Source of the DNA: Octopus sinensis
Lineage: Eukaryota
DNA: 64,000 bases
NCBI RefSeq assembly: GCF_006345805.1
Contig: NC_043008.1
Span: 48,980,001-49,044,000, forward strand
Reading direction: 5' to 3'
Part shown: one piece after another, positions 62,299 to 64,000 of the stretch
How positions within the stretch are numbered: the first letter of the stretch is position 1
Layout: the number at the start of each line of letters is the position of its first letter
Made by a program: the position numbers and the translations under genes
Notes under the pieces: model-generated
Database searches by the model: none
The model's input: only the letters and a program-made list of their open reading frames with translations
Told to the model about the DNA's origin: nothing

Positions 62299-62780
62299 TC
62301 AAAATGAATCTGGTTCTATGTGGATCACATTCCTACTCCTCAACATAGCCACCGTTTCCCTCGATATCAATGTTCCACCTTCGAATGAGAGCATGTATCC
62401 CTGCCCCGTAAAATTCTGTTGACTGTTCTTTGAGCCACTTCAGTTTTCACTTCCTCGTCACTGGAATAATGTTTGCCTCTCAAACCCTCTATTATGGGGC
62501 CGAAGAGATGATAGGTGCTAAATTATTCCAGTGATGAGGAAGTGAAAACTGTAGTGAAGAGGTGGCTCAAAGAACAGTCAATAGAATTTTACAGGGCAGG
62601 GATACATGCTCTCATTCGAAGGTGGAACATTGCTATTGAGAGAAACGGTGACTATGTTGAGAAGTAGGGATGTGATCCACAGAGGACCAGCTTCATTTTG
62701 ATGTATTGATACATGTTCCTGTGTTGGTAATTATACCTGTCCTAAACAAAATGGCATTATTTTTTGACTCACCCTCGTAG
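62299..62780 (+). mobile_element. Mariner 3' remnant duplicated as an inverted repeat
   Basis: SDEEVKTVVKRWLKEQSIEFYRAGIHALIRRWNIAIERNGDYVEK* and TIR ttttttgactcaccctcgta; 62299-62470 is an inverted copy of 62522-62701. Confidence 0.85.
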
Positions 62781-63679
62781 TTTTCTTTGAGAAGTATGTC
62801 AGTTCTTCAGTATCATCATCATCATTTAAGATCAGTTTTCCATACTGGCATGGGTTGGGCTGCTGATAGGGGCTGGCAAGGCCTGGGGCCACTCCAGGTT
62901 CTGTTACCTGTTTTGGCTCGGTTTCTACAGCTTGATGCCCTTCCAAACACCAACCACTTTACAGAGGGTACTGGATGCTTTTACATGGTGCCAGCACCAA
63001 TAAGGTCACCAAGTACCTTGCAAGAGAGAAGGAAACCCTTCAACTGGGGACAGATGAGTAATACTGAGGTGGGTGGTGGCTTTGTGCCTGTTGGGAGAGA
63101 AAATGTATGGAGGGACAGAGACAGGTGTATTGCTGTAGAACAGATACGGGGGATACCCCCATTGGAAGAGAAAGGAAAGTTAGAGAGTAAGTGGGTTAGT
63201 CGGAGAGTAAGATATGGAGAGCAATGGTGAGAGAGAGAGATGTGCATGTATGTATGGGTGTGTGTGTGTATGTATATATGTATATCAATCTCTATGTCTA
63301 TCTCTCTCTCTTTCTCATATATATATATATATACATACGCACACACATATATACACACACACACACACACATATATATATGTAAATACACACACATGTAT
63401 CAAAGTAAATGTATGCATGTGTATGTATGTGTGTGTGTGTGTGTGTTTGTGTGTTATTAATTGTGCTCTTAATTACCATGGGTTTACTGTTTGATGTTTG
63501 TACATCAATTCTGCATGTGTGTGTGTGTGTATGTGTGTGAATGCATGTGTGTGTGTGTGTGTGTGTGTGTGCATGCATGTGTGTGTGTGTGTGTGTGTGC
63601 ATGCATGTGTGTGTGTGTGTGTATCGAACACATGCCAGCATGGAACATGGGCATTAAGTGAAAATGAATGTTTACATAC

Positions 63680-63718
<39 letters not shown>

Positions 63719-63962
63719 ACACACACACACACATATTTATAAATATATATATGTGTGTGTATATATATATATATATACACATATATAAATCTATTTTCTT
63801 TTCAAAATAATAATGATAATAATAATAGATAACTGGCAGAGTGACTGACAGTGCATATGTATATATAGTCTGGCATTCCACAGATAAACAGCTTGAAGGT
63901 TTCTTTGACCTACCAGCCAGCCAGCAGAGCCGCCGGTCGGCCAGCCTGCCTACCGTTTGTTA

Positions 63963-63970
63963 TGACGTCA
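63963..63970. promoter_or_regulatory. Perfect CRE (TGACGTCA) next to a GC-rich segment, possible promoter
   Basis: Exact 8-mer adjoining GC-rich 63914-63960 and a minus-strand GCTG|GTAGGT donor. Confidence 0.35.
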
Positions 63971-64000
63971 ATGACTTTACTTTAAAAAAAAAATAGTTGT

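Overview
AT-rich, repeat-dense eukaryotic genomic DNA. The SINE families and microsatellite load look like a coleoid cephalopod (Octopus-like); this is inference. Two minus-strand genes could be reconstructed exon by exon with GT-AG boundaries and consistent phases. (1) CCT3, chaperonin TCP-1 gamma: coding exons 1-12 at 18485->895, continuing beyond the left edge. (2) A complete 4-exon KLHL10-like BTB-BACK-Kelch gene at 34951->23543 (575 aa), with a perfect CRE about 100 bp upstream of its ATG. The rest is mostly SINEs, MITEs (piggyBac-, hAT-, Merlin-, Tc1/mariner-type), fragments of mariner, Tx1/L1, R4/Dong-type and Penelope-like retroelements, and simple repeats. The main leads are: a pair of minimal, dimer-type hammerhead ribozyme motifs at 42.3/43.0 kb; a possible unannotated spliced plus-strand gene at 45.3-49.9 kb (59-aa tail-anchored microprotein, or the start of a longer membrane protein); cryptic exon-like ORFs in CCT3 introns 4 and 5; and inverted-repeat (dsRNA) structures around exons. 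All candidate novel genes rest on splice signals and frame consistency only and are unverified.
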